A stretch of 64,000 bases of DNA from Fistulifera solaris. Taxonomy: Eukaryota. The notes under the pieces are model-generated. The model was not told the DNA's origin, searched no databases, and was given only the letters and a program-made list of their open reading frames with translations. The stretch spans positions 1,116,001 to 1,180,000 of the forward strand of contig AP026124.1 of NCBI GenBank assembly GCA_030295235.1. Direction: 5' to 3'. Positions 25,722-37,651 of this stretch are shown here, one piece after another (position 1 is the first letter of the stretch; every line of letters begins with the position of its first letter). The translations under genes and the position numbers were made by a program.

Positions 25722-26780
25722 CACTGGTTCATCGCCATGAGCACAGTTGTCGATGATTTGCAATTAACTCGTGGTACAATCACTGGTTCTCGCTTCTTTA
25801 CCGCGAGTTGTGCGTGTTCGGCGAGTTTCCATTCGATGTTGTTGGTGTTCTCGTACCATCAACGGCAACCATTACCGACTTACTGGCCATTCGACGTTGT
25901 TCCGCCTGTTCTTTTTCATCCAGTCTCTTCCGCCGTCCTTTCGCTAGTGTATAAAGTACGAAGAGGGTGGTTTGCGTCATTAAGAGTAACAACAAGCCAG
26001 AAAAACGCATAGCCGAAAAAGATTTTGCGTTGTAGGGGGCTGTTTGGAAGAGACGACTCTTTATTTCTTGAAATGTGTCCTCTTCTTTGCGGATAGGACT
26101 GCTGAAGACCTGGAGGCTATCGTCAAACGTGGACGCCAATAACTCGTCGAGATTGCCTATTACGATGTTGGAATCGATCATCAACTGGAAGGCCTCTTCC
26201 ATTGCCTCAACCGACGCAATTTCGAGTTCCGACAAGGTCTTTTCGGGATTTTCACTGAGTGATTTTTCATAATAATCCGATCCGACCTGGAAAACACCAA
26301 ATCTCATAATCCACGTCGACCAAGTAAAAAAGTCGCCAGATATTCTTCTCACAAGAAGTTCTGGTTCACTGGAAATAATGGACATGCTATCGGCTGACTG
26401 TAGAGAACGAGGCTGCAATTCAAACTTTGACAGGCAAAGATTGCTTTGCGAGGTCAGGTCCTGTTTATCCCTTACTACTGACACATCCGCTTCGTTGCAC
26501 AGCAAGGTAAAAAGCGAAGCGACTACCCCTTTTGTACACTGCTTTCAGGGTCGTTTAGTTCGCTAAAGTCATCAATATCCCTGTACTGGGGAAACCATAA
26601 TGAGAAGCGCATTGTGATTGTCTTCGAAGCACTTGTCGTGGTCGATTGTAAGCTTCTGATATTTTGTTCTTTAAACAAAGCAGATCGACAGAGATCCAGC
26701 CGCGACAAGGACAGTAACGCCATGATGTACTTCGTCCAGTTTGCTCGCCGCGTGGTACTTATTCCTGTCAAGCCGCCCAT
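25722..26780 (-). CDS. Hypothetical protein with one C-proximal TM segment
   Basis: ORFs 26523..26927 and 25798..26505 are consecutive on the same strand. Boundaries are approximate. Confidence 0.45.
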
Positions 26781-27456
26781 TCTATTTATGTTCACGTCTT
26801 GAAGAACAAATGAATGAATGATGCAAGGGGGTGAATAGTCCCTTCGTTTACCTTGCAATATGACTATTGTAGTTACACGTGCTCCGTTGGGGGGAATGAA
26901 TGAATAACATGAAAGTCGCTCACACACAGAATTTCAACGGTTCCACCATACTTTTTGGTGGCTATCGCGTCATACAGTACATGGGATGTCTGACTGGCTT
27001 ACCGGTACTTTGTAAGCAAGGGAAAAGTTGCTGGCATTTTTACGACTCAACAAATTTGCAGTCCCGGAAAATGAAACAAGTTTAGTTCAAGGTATTAAGA
27101 CGCGCCAGGCACTCTGTTTGGACCATAGTTGCAACAAGAACACTTGATTGCGTTGATAAAGATGATAGTGTTGTTGGGCTCGATTTCATCGATTCCGTTA
27201 TAGCCTATTCTACGACTCGTATCAGTCCCGGTTACCACAGTTCAATCTCAATATTGTTACTAGCTACGGAGTAATAAATGCGTAGTCCTATGCCCAATTC
27301 GTGCCATATGTATTTCATCCATAAAGAAGCTTGAACTGATGATGACACCTCTACTTTGTTGTACTTTCTTCTGATCGATACGCAACTTAATAAATGATCT
27401 TTTGTGATTCACTTCATAAAAAATATAGAACTAATAGTAAACTTAATCTCAACTTA

Positions 27457-28688
27457 CTAAATGAGAGCTGGATTGCCTGATTTCATATTGGCTTCTACGG
27501 CTCGAAACTTCTTCGCTGGCTGTGTCGCAGTGGATCCTCTTGCGGAGTTAAAACTCCCTACAATTCCACCAAGTATCCAGCGGTTTTTTACAAATACGTC
27601 GTTGGCCATAGTACCATTCTGTCGGACGCGGTTGCCACAAAACGGATTCTCACTGAAAAAAGAAGAGCGTTTATCGAGTTCCCCGTCTTCGTCCATCTCG
27701 GAGTATAGGTCGAACATTTGCGCCAGACCAGGAGGAATGCTCTCAATTCTATCAAGGTCCAACAAGTACTGACAATCTGCGATTCCTTCTAACTCTGTAT
27801 TTGTTGTAGATAAAAAGGAGTCCCTTTTTCGATAATATTCAAAGTATCCTTCCAATCATAGTCTGGCACAGTAAAGCCGGGGTTGAAAAACACCACAATA
27901 TCTGCCTTGGGTAGATCATGTTGTTTCAATAACGCAGTTGAGTAAAGTCCTTTTATCGCAAAAAGACGTAGTGTGCCTGTAGTTGTAGATTCTCCTCCAG
28001 ATGACTGCATTGAAACCGTCTGTTGGTAAACTTCACTTGGGCATTCAGGGCCAAGGAAATACATGTCGATAGTTTCGATTCGACACGTCTCGGCAAGATC
28101 GGAGAGTGCATCAGCATACGCTTTAGCAGCGCGATCCTTTTCCGAGTTGCCCCAAAGTTCTCCATCCAGCGATGCACCAAGGATATGGAGAATAAGCTTA
28201 CCCGCTTTAGAACAAGCGCGGAGAGTTTCTGAATAACATGTCGTTCCTCCAAGAAGGACGTTAGCGAGCGTTGCCTGATAGGAATGCTTCTCGCTTTCTA
28301 TTCTGTTTCTGGCTGCTTCTACTTTATGTGGTTCTAAAAACTGTTCTTCTCCATTTTCGACAGCTTCGTCGTCTTCGCATAAACGGAGGAGAGAACAAAT
28401 GATGGCAGAGTGACCCATAGCCGTCTCTCGATCTTCTTCTTCGAGGCTGTCACCAACAATCGATACATTTGCATCTTGCTGACGGCACGCATCGGAGCAA
28501 TAATTAACTCGTTTGCAGTTCCGACAAGCAATCGCAGGACTCTCTGCAGTACCAACTTCCTTGCCACATGTACAGCAAGCGTCAAAGCCTAATGAAAATT
28601 CAAAATCAGGGTTGGCGTCGATCAAGTGTGCCGTCCGTGTCTGCTGCTCTGGTAGCTCGTCTAAGTTACAAGAACGAAGAAATTCCAT
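27457..28688 (-). CDS. MYND zinc finger protein, MSS51-like
   Basis: CCTCG...CRNCKRVNYCSDACRQQD...H MYND finger; LHILGA, FLGPE and VVFFNPGF; ENPF near the C-terminus. Frameshift at ~27813. Confidence 0.75.
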
Positions 28689-29050
28689 GATGGTGAATCT
28701 AGAAAGAGTTTAGTGCAAGTGCATTCATGACATCTATGATGAATTCGTTGCTTTTACCTGGTACTTTTGAGGAAAATACGTTTTCTTGGTTCTTGGTTCC
28801 ACGCGGGTTTGGCTACCGAAAAATGGACTCCGTGATCTGTGAACATGATCATGAATTCCGGATTCCGGATTCCGAAAACAAACAAAATCAACAACTATGG
28901 CCAGGGCCACAAGCGACTCTAGAGACCTTAACACTAACATAGTCAGTCGTCAGGGAGGGAGACGTGTAAAACGAAAACGAAAAAATAAATAAATCTAACT
29001 AGAAAGTTAAAAGCTGCAAAAACACGACATATCTAAAAACACATTGGAGA

Positions 29051-31109
29051 TTAACGCCTTCGTCTTCTGTGCGAGCGGCGGGGCTCGTCTTCCTCCGTCA
29101 ATGAATCGAACGAGTTTGAGCCAACATCGTAGCTGTTTGATTTGAACGAATCGTCATCTGAAAAGTCTTCATCTCGTTCCATCATCGTACAGTTAAGAAC
29201 TTTCTCGATGAGAGACCCTGCATCCGAAGAAGCTTTTTGCTTTCCTCTTCGACGCTGTTGTCAGTCTTTCCAGTTCTACCTATTACTTTGTCATCGAAAC
29301 GAATGGTAGTACAAGCATGAGCCAATGCATCGAAGATTGTGTCGCCTCGTTCCTTACTAGCTTTTGTATGTCGTTTCTCCGAGTTCTTTTCTTTCTGCCG
29401 CCGGCTTGATACGACGTCCTCCAGAGGCGACAGCGGATTGAGCGCTGATCCCACGGTTTTGCCAAGTTGGGTAAAGACCGAGCTTTCGTAGAGTGTTTTC
29501 ACTACTTTCAGAAAGCGAACAAAGCTGAAATCCTTATTCATTGACACCTTAATTGTACCACGGTTAGGTTTAAGCGTAAAGATCGATGATATTGCTAACA
29601 AGAAAGGGCAACGTACCTTAGCGATGCTCTCCTTCTTATCATTCATAGTTCCCCAGCAGTAAGGGAGTTCAAGAACCATGCCATTGTCACAGCAATCAAT
29701 GATGATTGTAACTGTAACGCCATAACGCATGGGTGCTAGAAGCGTTTTGAAGATGAGAGTATCACGAATGAGGCCACTAGATTTATAGTCACTCGGCACA
29801 ACAACTTCATCGTAAGTGCCTACTTGATCACTAGGATCACCGAGTACACGCCCGCCATGGCCAGAAAATTGCACAAAAACTACATCACCAGGCTGAGATT
29901 CTTCTGAGAGGGCTTTAAATGCTTCGACGATATTCATGAAGGTCGGTGGAGGATGTTCTCCGTCGTCCAGCAGTACTGTCATATAATCCTTCCCCTCTGG
30001 AAAATTATGAACGTTCACAATGTAGTCCTTAATGATGAAAACAAATGCGAGAGGAAAGATAGATTAGGTCATTGCCACAGATTCGATGGGACGTTAAAGC
30101 AAGAACAAAGTCTCATACCTTCATGGATCTTATATCATCATGACTTGCTTTAAGTTCTGCATCTTTCAGTTCATCATAATTGCAACCTACAAGTAATGAT
30201 CTCTTTTTGTTTTTCTCTGGATTGAAGTTCTCGGGTGTCAATGAAAATGGCTTGTTGAGGTCAATTTTCCGACTGGTTGTTACTTTTGGGGCTTGTGCGT
30301 ATCCAATTTCTTTGAATTCAACTTTCATTCTTCGCAATAGATCAATCCAGCTTATGCTAACAGAGCTTTGGCCCCCGAAGTCCAAGGATATACCAGATCT
30401 GGGTGATTTAGGTAGCGGATCGGGGTCGGTGTCATCGTCATCATCATCGAACAGCGACTCGGCAGCCGCTTCGGATTGTGCAGCGCCGGCAGCATCGTTG
30501 GCCGAGTCATAGAGAACTTTCAGTAGTGTGTTGCAGCATGCGCCGCCATAAGATCGCCCTGGCTCCAAAGCACCATCAGTGGCGTTGTACTCCTGAATTG
30601 GCCGTGGGAAAAAGTGGTTAGCTTGTGAATTCCAAAGTAATGTTTGAATGCGCATCAAACGAAAAGCGTAACATCCGTACCTCGCTTGTGGGAAGGTCCC
30701 ACACTCGTCCATAACGTGTAAATGTGCCACCAATCACTCGAATATCAGCAGGTAGAAAAGCAGCACTTTTACGTGCATATTCTTCTGACGAAAGCGAGGA
30801 AACAATTCTATCTAACTCCGGGTCGTCTCGTCTAGTCACAGGAAGTTGATTGCTATTATTCGCTACTACCTGAAGATATGCCATTAAGTCTGCCATAGCC
30901 AGGTTGACGTGTACTTGGTCGTCTCTAATTTTCGTGGCGCTAGGTTCATCATCTTCGGTGTCGCGCTCATCTCTAGCCTCAGTCCCTGAATTTCCACCTC
31001 CCAAAGAATCAATAGCTTCCGCTTCGCTTTGATCTCCTCGTTCGGGCGTTTCTAATGCTCCAGGGAGAGGAATTTCGATAATTTCTGGCTTTGAGTCCGA
31101 ATTTCCCAT
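29051..31109 (-). CDS. Type III metacaspase (p10 domain before p20)
   Basis: p10-like GGACCNTLLKVLY...AQAPKVTTSRKIDL precedes p20 KRSLLVGCNY...FSGHGG...IIDCCDNG. Introns 30593-30680, 30028-30118 and 29548-29616; frameshift at ~29235. Confidence 0.88.
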
Positions 31110-31860
31110 TTCACCTTATTTAAATTATTCGGCGAAGAAAAATACCTTTGTTGACTGTAGTTGCTTTGCTCTGATGGATTTATTACCCACAAGATTTGAC
31201 TCTAGGAAACTTTATCAGTTAGGGCCATGCAACAAAGCAGGTCTTTTGAGCTTTCTCTTCGATGATGGAGGTCAATAACAACTCAAACAATCTAAAAATT
31301 CAAAAGGAGGTAAACAAAAGGCATAAGGAGCGTGTGCCGCTCGCCAGCTCCTATACAGAAACCGTGCAGCTGAAGACAGTTCAGTACAATGACGCGAGCC
31401 GACTATTTTACGCTGTTTAAAAGAGAAGCCTTTTCACAAAGGTTATCTTTACTATCATGATTAAGAAAAAATCGGCGATACAGATGGATTGCTTTTACCG
31501 CTTTGCCAACGTCTGGTATAAATAGAGGTCTAAAGATTCAATTTATATTTAAATATATATTGACAAAGTACCCGTAAGTACCGGGTACCGAAATCTACTG
31601 ACGGCGTAAGTATCAAATTCATTTTAGGTTCAGCCACTTATTGCGTGGAACATAGCGTATGACTATTCTTCAAGCTGATCGTAAACGGGTGTGACTACGT
31701 AGTATGTAAACGATTAATTTTACTTAAAGACTGGGTACCGATGCGCATGAGTGAGAGACGAGCTAGGATGGTCATGAGTCAATTTAAACTCCGTGTAGGA
31801 ATTTCATGTTGTTGTGTCATCGGGAGCTTTTTTTTCAGAACATATTTTCTCCACACGAAA

Positions 31861-32007
31861 CTGAAACGACCACGGAATCTATGTTTGACTCAAAAAACAA
31901 TTCTTGAATTTCTGTAACGACCACACAAAATCTCTGTTTGTTCCAAAACGCACATTCCAGAATTTCTGGAACGACCTCAGAAATTCTCTTTGAAGTCGAA
32001 AAAAGTC
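31861..32007. repeat. Three degenerate ~52-bp tandem units (CTGnAACGACC...TCTnTxTTTG)
   Basis: Units start at 31861, 31912 and 31966. Confidence 0.7.
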
Positions 32008-32093
32008 GTTCATCACAGCGGCAAACGTTGTTAGCTAAAACCTCGCAGAGGCAGCCGCATTATCATTATTTTTTATTTTTACTCTTCCATCAT

Positions 32094-32641
32094 TTTTTGT
32101 AGGAAAAACGGAAAAACGGAGAGATCTTCGCGCAAAATCTTGCCGTATCCTTTGGAGGACGTACTGAATATTCGAGACTCTGCAAAGCCCCCACCGAAAT
32201 GGGCACCATTCCTTGATTTTTTCCACCAGCAAATAGAACCAATTGACGTGTTGCTGCAATAACAATTACCATGCATACCCACGTGTAAAGGGAACTTCAT
32301 GGAACGTGAATTAAAGGCGGTTTGTTCTATTTTTGTGGGAAAAACGGAAAAACGGAGAGATCTTCGCGCAAAATCTTGCCGTATCCTTTGGAGGACGTAC
32401 TGAATATTCGAGACTCTGCAAAGCCCCCACCGAAATGGGCACCATTCCTCGATTTTTCCACCAGCAAATAGAACCAATTGACGTGTTGCTGCAATAACAA
32501 TTACCATGCATACCCACGTGTAAAGGGAACTTCATGGAACGTGAATTAAAGGCGGTTTGTTCTATTTTTGTGGGAAAAACGGAAAAACGGAGAGATCTTC
32601 GCGCAAAATCTTGCCGTATCCTTTGGAGGACGTACTGAATA
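32094..32641. repeat. Near-perfect tandem repeat, ~236-bp unit, ~2.3 copies
   Basis: GGAAAAACGGAAAAACGGAGAGATCTTCGCGC recurs at 32102, 32338 and 32573. Confidence 0.97.
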
Positions 32642-32772
32642 ATCAATACTGGTACTGCGGCAGGTAGGCGCAGGCGCTTTTATTGCCACAATATACTCAT
32701 TACCAGGTACTGTACCGGGTACCCGTTACCAGTACTGTACTTGTTGATTGGCGTCATCGGGGCCATTTCTAA

Positions 32773-32987
32773 GGGCCATTTCTAACGGGAATTTTGTATT
32801 TTGTATTTTCGTAAGTTTAGTGAAAGTTTTTTTTATTTTCGTATTTCGTATTTTCGTATTTTGCGCACTTCCACACTTGCCCAATTTGCCCAAACTGGAG
32901 AAAAATGAAAAATACAGAAGTTATCGTCTGTCATTTTCTCCGAAATGGAAAAATACGAAATGCAAAACCGCCGGTTAGAAATGGCCC
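32773..32987. mobile_element. Non-autonomous PIF/Harbinger (Tourist-like) MITE, 215 bp
   Basis: Perfect 14-bp terminal inverted repeats GGGCCATTTCTAAC / GTTAGAAATGGCCC, extending imperfectly to ~40 bp. TAA target duplication at 32770-32772 and 32988-32990. No ORF. Confidence 0.85.
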
Positions 32988-33469
32988 TAATAGCCTTTGG
33001 GATTGGGGCTGGGGGTTAGCGATTAGGTGAAAGATTTAAGCTTAAGTATCTAAGTATGGTCCGGTACCGTAGTTTGATTTTTTAATAGAACCTACTCTGC
33101 GTCCTAACCTAGGATGGTGTATGAACCATGGATCATGATGTCCTTTAACCTCAAATTGTTTGACAAACATTAAGCAAGCCGGACGAAATTGAAGAACAAT
33201 TGCATAAAAACAATCGGCGCAAGAGAATGGCTAGCTCTAATTCAGTTACAGTTTCTGCGCCTCATTGAGCTGGCGGTGCTATGATGAAACAATCCTTATA
33301 AGCTAAAAATCAAGACGTCAGAAATAGAATAGGCTGGAATGTTAACAACGATAATGTCCGAACGGCTAAAGTCACTGTCTATTCAACCAGCATGTCTCTA
33401 AAACTAATCCGCTAATTAATTGAGTTCTCCATAAAATACAGCGATCCGTTTTGATCACTACTACTTGAA

Positions 33470-34445
33470 TTACATCGATCCAATTCCGGTCAGCTTCCAA
33501 GTCCACTTATCATCTTCGGTCTCGATGACAAGGAATCCCTCTGAGACTCCAATCGATGATGGACGAAACTTAACGATGAATTCGGTTGGGTCTCCTCGTC
33601 CGTTCAAACTTCCCTCCGTGGGACTGACACTCCATTCCGCAGTGTTGGTATCGTACGTAAAGGCTGCACGGAAATCAGAAAAGCCCATGAAAGGATTTTT
33701 TATTTTCATCTCGAACACTTGAAACTGATTCATTCGGCCAGATAGGGCAATTTCCCCGCAGTTGATGCCTCCCGGAATGACAGGACCAAAGACTTCGTTC
33801 AGGTCGAAATCTTGTGTGCGCTCCACGCCAAAGGAAGAAAGCTTTCGCCAATCTTCGTCGGCAGATTCAGCTATTTTATCAAATTGATCGGTAAAATACT
33901 TGTGCTGGTTGCGTTCCATCTGTACTTCCTGCTGATTTTTCCAGTTTTCTAGCTGCTGAGCTCTTGCTGTGTCGTAACCTTTTTCAATCAGCTCCTGTGC
34001 GTAACCAGTTGCTTTACCCCACGCGTTTTTGGCACTCATGACCTTTGATTTGGCCATTTCTGCCGTCTTTTCCCACTCCTTTTCGAGTCCGGTATTTCCA
34101 TCACCCGCAACACCCATTTGTCCTGTTATAAAACAAAAGGAATGTGAGAATGCTAGAAAGATTTAGTAGAAATACGGAAAGAAACTTGCCGTCACCGCCG
34201 TCAAATTCGTTAAAGTCGACATAATCTTTCCAGTCCCCAGGACCATAACGATCTGTACCAGCTTCTCGCGTATTTGGGGAATTATACGTCGGTTGCTGGG
34301 GCTGCTGGGGGCTCGAAAGGTCATCCAAGTACCCTTTGCGAATGGTCGATGGTGTCCGTGACACAAATAATGATGGGCGAAAAGCTTCGGCGGAACCCGA
34401 CAGCGAAAGGAAGTACGCAATCCCGGTGGCAGTTACAAACTTCAT
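33470..34445 (-). CDS. Hypothetical plastid-targeted protein
   Basis: MKFVTATGIAYFLSLSGSAEA|FRP presequence. GC-AG intron 34123-34189 joins EFDGGDG to QMGVAGDG in frame. Confidence 0.78.
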
Positions 34446-34964
34446 GTTTTGCGTCTGATTGCTTCAAAAGGTTTCGGAAAAGAAAAAGAAATAATACGGA
34501 TCGACTACAAAGTAAGTTTGCAGCTGTATTTATTTGTTTCGTATCTGGATCTTTCCTCGCCGTGGAGTGCGAGGGTAGAGGAAAGCAGGAAAGAACTACG
34601 AACGAACCTGGGTAGGGTAGTGGTGTGTACTGGTACAGTGCATCGTAGAGTGGCAAGCAGAAGCTTCATTGACAACTGGGACACATGATTGGTCTTAGCC
34701 TGTGACGTGGGCTATGTGATGTAGAAGTGTGTCGTTACGGTATTCTTGGACAACGTACGTAGTACAGACGTCGAGCGAGCGCCTTCGACAAATTTGAAAT
34801 GACTATAGCAAAAATAGTGCAATAATTTGAAACATCTCGAAGTAAAACCAAGCCATCGCTAAAAAACAATCACGCCATTTCGCGGTAACACAAGTGCCGT
34901 TTGCATTGCATGTGGTCTCCATTGATTTCGAGCTCATCCGTTTCTTCACTTTACCACCTTCACA

Positions 34965-35350
34965 ATGGAATTCTTGAATCAAATTCCTTCGGAACTTAAA
35001 TTGCCTCTCGTTGTGGCTGTAAGTAGGAAAACGAACGCGAACTCTTATTTGAAAACAAATTGCTCACGTGCTCTAACATTCTCGTTATTTGTCAGGTTGG
35101 CCTTGTTGGTTTTGTGGCCGTCATTGGTGCTTCCTCCCTTTCCATTGTGCCAGAAAAGTCCGAAGCGATGGAAAAAGTACCGACTAGTCCTGCTTCAAGC
35201 TCAAGCACAGAAGAGACGGACGATGCAGGCGACAAGCCCAAAACACCCAAGAGAAGTACGCGCTCCAAAAAAGAAGATTTGGGAACATTTACGTCTCCGG
35301 AAGGACGTCGAATCTCTCGAAGACTGCAGAACAAGCAGAAGGACCACTAA
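34965..35350 (+). CDS. Small single-TM protein with basic disordered tail
   Basis: Intron 35019-35095 gives MEFLNQIPSELKLPLVVAVGLVGFVAVIGASS...TSPEGRRISRRLQNKQKDH. Confidence 0.65.
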
Positions 35351-35529
35351 TCTAATTATTCTGTGTCGGCAATAAACGTTAAAACTGTAAAATGATTGTC
35401 ATTTCTTTTAAAATTGATGAATGAGCGTATTGACGCCATTTTTTATTGAATACTCAGTATCTTGTTTTTGTGTAAATCCTCCACATCGTTATACGGCCTC
35501 AACTTCTTGCTACATTAATGATTTATTAC

Positions 35530-36838
35530 TTATACGTCTACCACACGAGCCAGCTTCTGAATACGGTTCAGCAACAGATCTCCTTTCTGGATCATTTCGC
35601 GGTACTGTGCATTCTTCAAATCCGGTCGATTTGTCACAATGACACCTCCATACTTATCAATCTTGGCAGATAATCGGTTGGACGCAATAAAACGACTGGC
35701 GTGGTAGTCAACAAAGTCAGGGCTAACTCCAAAAGCGTCGGCCATGGCCTGGAGAGTCACCGATTGATATGAATCCAAGAACTGCTTGTAAGCGAGAATA
35801 TGCAACTCTCTCATCCAGAAAGCAGCATGTGGATGCAAGTAGCGGTCTTTCATTAGAACGGCTTCAACTTCCACCATAGAGCGCAAGTATGTCTTATAGT
35901 CGCAGTCGTAAAAAGCCCGAACAAGATTGATCTAGATGAATCCATCATCATATAGTGTAGAGCGTTCAGTATACACAAGCATAAAACGCAGCAAGCAAAA
36001 TAATCAAAAGGAAGAGACTTACCACTTGCGGGATTTCCGTCGCCACAGAAATAATCTCCGGTCCGTCGATGATATGCTTCTTCAATCCGGGACGCGGCAG
36101 ATGCAACATGTTCGTTAGAATAGCATAAACAATGAAATCGGAATAATTGCAAATCTCGTTACACGTGAAAGTAGCAATGCAATCCAACAATAGCTTGCTG
36201 GCAGCTTCCATATCCCGATGCAACATGAATTGCAGTCCTTTGTAGACCTTTAGACGATTACGACGATCCCAATCACCTCCACTTCCTTCATTCGCCAGCT
36301 TGTCGGCCTGCTCAATAAAATTATCAGCCTTTTTCGAATTTCCATAAAAAGATGCGACTCTGGCACTTTCCATCAAGGCATCAATCTTTTTTCCGGACGA
36401 TAGCTTGGGCAAATCAATGACTTTCTGATACGCCTCCAAAGCTTCCGCCTCGGAAAGCGATTTAGCGGCGAAACGGGCAATTTCCAAACGGGCGTCCATG
36501 ACCTCCATATCGCCGGCACTTTCTTTTGCTTCTTCTACTTTTCGTTCGAGTTCCTCGAGTTCCGCGGCGAGCTTGTTCTCCATGGCTTTCAGACCGTCTT
36601 CGGTGAGTAATGCCGGAGATGCACCGGTCTGCATACCACCACTGATTGCGTCTCGGAGATGACGATACAATGAAGGGTTCTCGAGTTCTGCTGCAATCTG
36701 GTTGAAAAGTTCTACTTGCAGGGACTCTTGATGAGGGAGATGGATAGCGCAGTGCATCTTTTGACAAAACGCCATGTTGGGATAAGGCGCTGCTGTTTCC
36801 TCTGCCGCCGAAGTCGCTCCGCTCGATGGCTTAGACAT
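35530..36838 (-). CDS. RPN7: 26S proteasome lid subunit RPN7/PSMD6
   Basis: GGDWDRRNRLKVYKG, YKQFLDSYQSVTLQAMADAFGVS, RPDLKNAQYREMIQKGDLLLNRIQKLARV. Intron 35932-36022. Confidence 0.96.
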
Positions 36839-37050
36839 AATAAATTGATTGAAGAAGTTGAACAACAAACGAAGCTGTCTAAGGGGAAATGGGAATTGAG
36901 AGATCGTCGACCACCGCTGTTTATTTGAGCCTCTTGTTACTACATCATGGTCTCTCGAATTTGTCGTCCCCTATCCACTATTTGCTGCGGCGACCCGGAT
37001 CGAAGGTTTTGGAAAAGGTCCGTACGTCAACGAGCCAACGCTTCCTAATT

Positions 37051-37071
37051 CATGACTGAAGTTCAGTCGTG
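37051..37071. promoter_or_regulatory. Dyad motif CATGACTG-N5-CAGTCGTG, copy 1
   Basis: About 210 bp upstream of the RPN7 ATG; recurs at 37477 and 42113. Confidence 0.45.
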
Positions 37072-37476
37072 TTCTCATGAACTAACACTTACGGTCCATA
37101 GTAAAAAATGGAAATGAACGATCCGCAAGAATTTTCGACAAAAATACTCAAAACGGTCACATGATAGAAATCGCAAACCACGCTAGTTCAACGTAAGCGT
37201 AAGGAAATTTGGACAAAAATAGCAGTTCGTGGTGGTTGGTCGATCTTGGCGCCCGGCACCGTAGATGAGAGTCTTGAGACGATCGGTGGTCCCCCGGTCG
37301 TGTCGGAATCAGATAGGAGCCCCTCTGCTCACTGCTAACATGAGTGACCTGGCAGCGGTTCGGTGTTCGGTGGATTTCATCCAGTTGTGTTTCTCTAACT
37401 TGTATTAGGGATTCGGTTCTAGTGTAAGGATAGGACGTAAGCAGTCAACTCAAGCCATTTTTTCTCAGTTTTTATT

Positions 37477-37497
37477 CATGACTGAAATGCAGTCGTG
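37477..37497. promoter_or_regulatory. Dyad motif CATGACTG-N5-CAGTCGTG, copy 2
   Basis: About 155 bp upstream of the FDXR ATG. Confidence 0.45.
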
Positions 37498-37651
37498 GTT
37501 TTTTTCTTATTAACATACTCAGTACCGGTACTCAGAATTAATTTCCTCATTTTGATGATCTCTCGTTTTTCCCAGCCGCATTGCACAATGTTCAAAAGAC
37601 GCATTATTATTGCCTTTACTTATATATCTATCAAACAATCAAACGAATAAC

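Noticed and set aside
32035..32646. Repeated short ORFs; CRISPR-like appearance
   Set aside because: By-products of a head-to-tail tandem repeat, with no unique spacers and no cas genes.
32996..33030. Interstitial telomere or G-quadruplex
   Set aside because: No exact TTAGGG array and only three G-tracts.
37200..37470. Possible RNase P/MRP or SRP RNA (GAGAGTCTTGAGAC could pair with CTCAAGCC; small hairpins; T-run)
   Set aside because: The conserved CR-I GAA and a convincing P1/P2 are missing, and there is no GNRA helix-8 loop. An Infernal/Rfam search would settle it.
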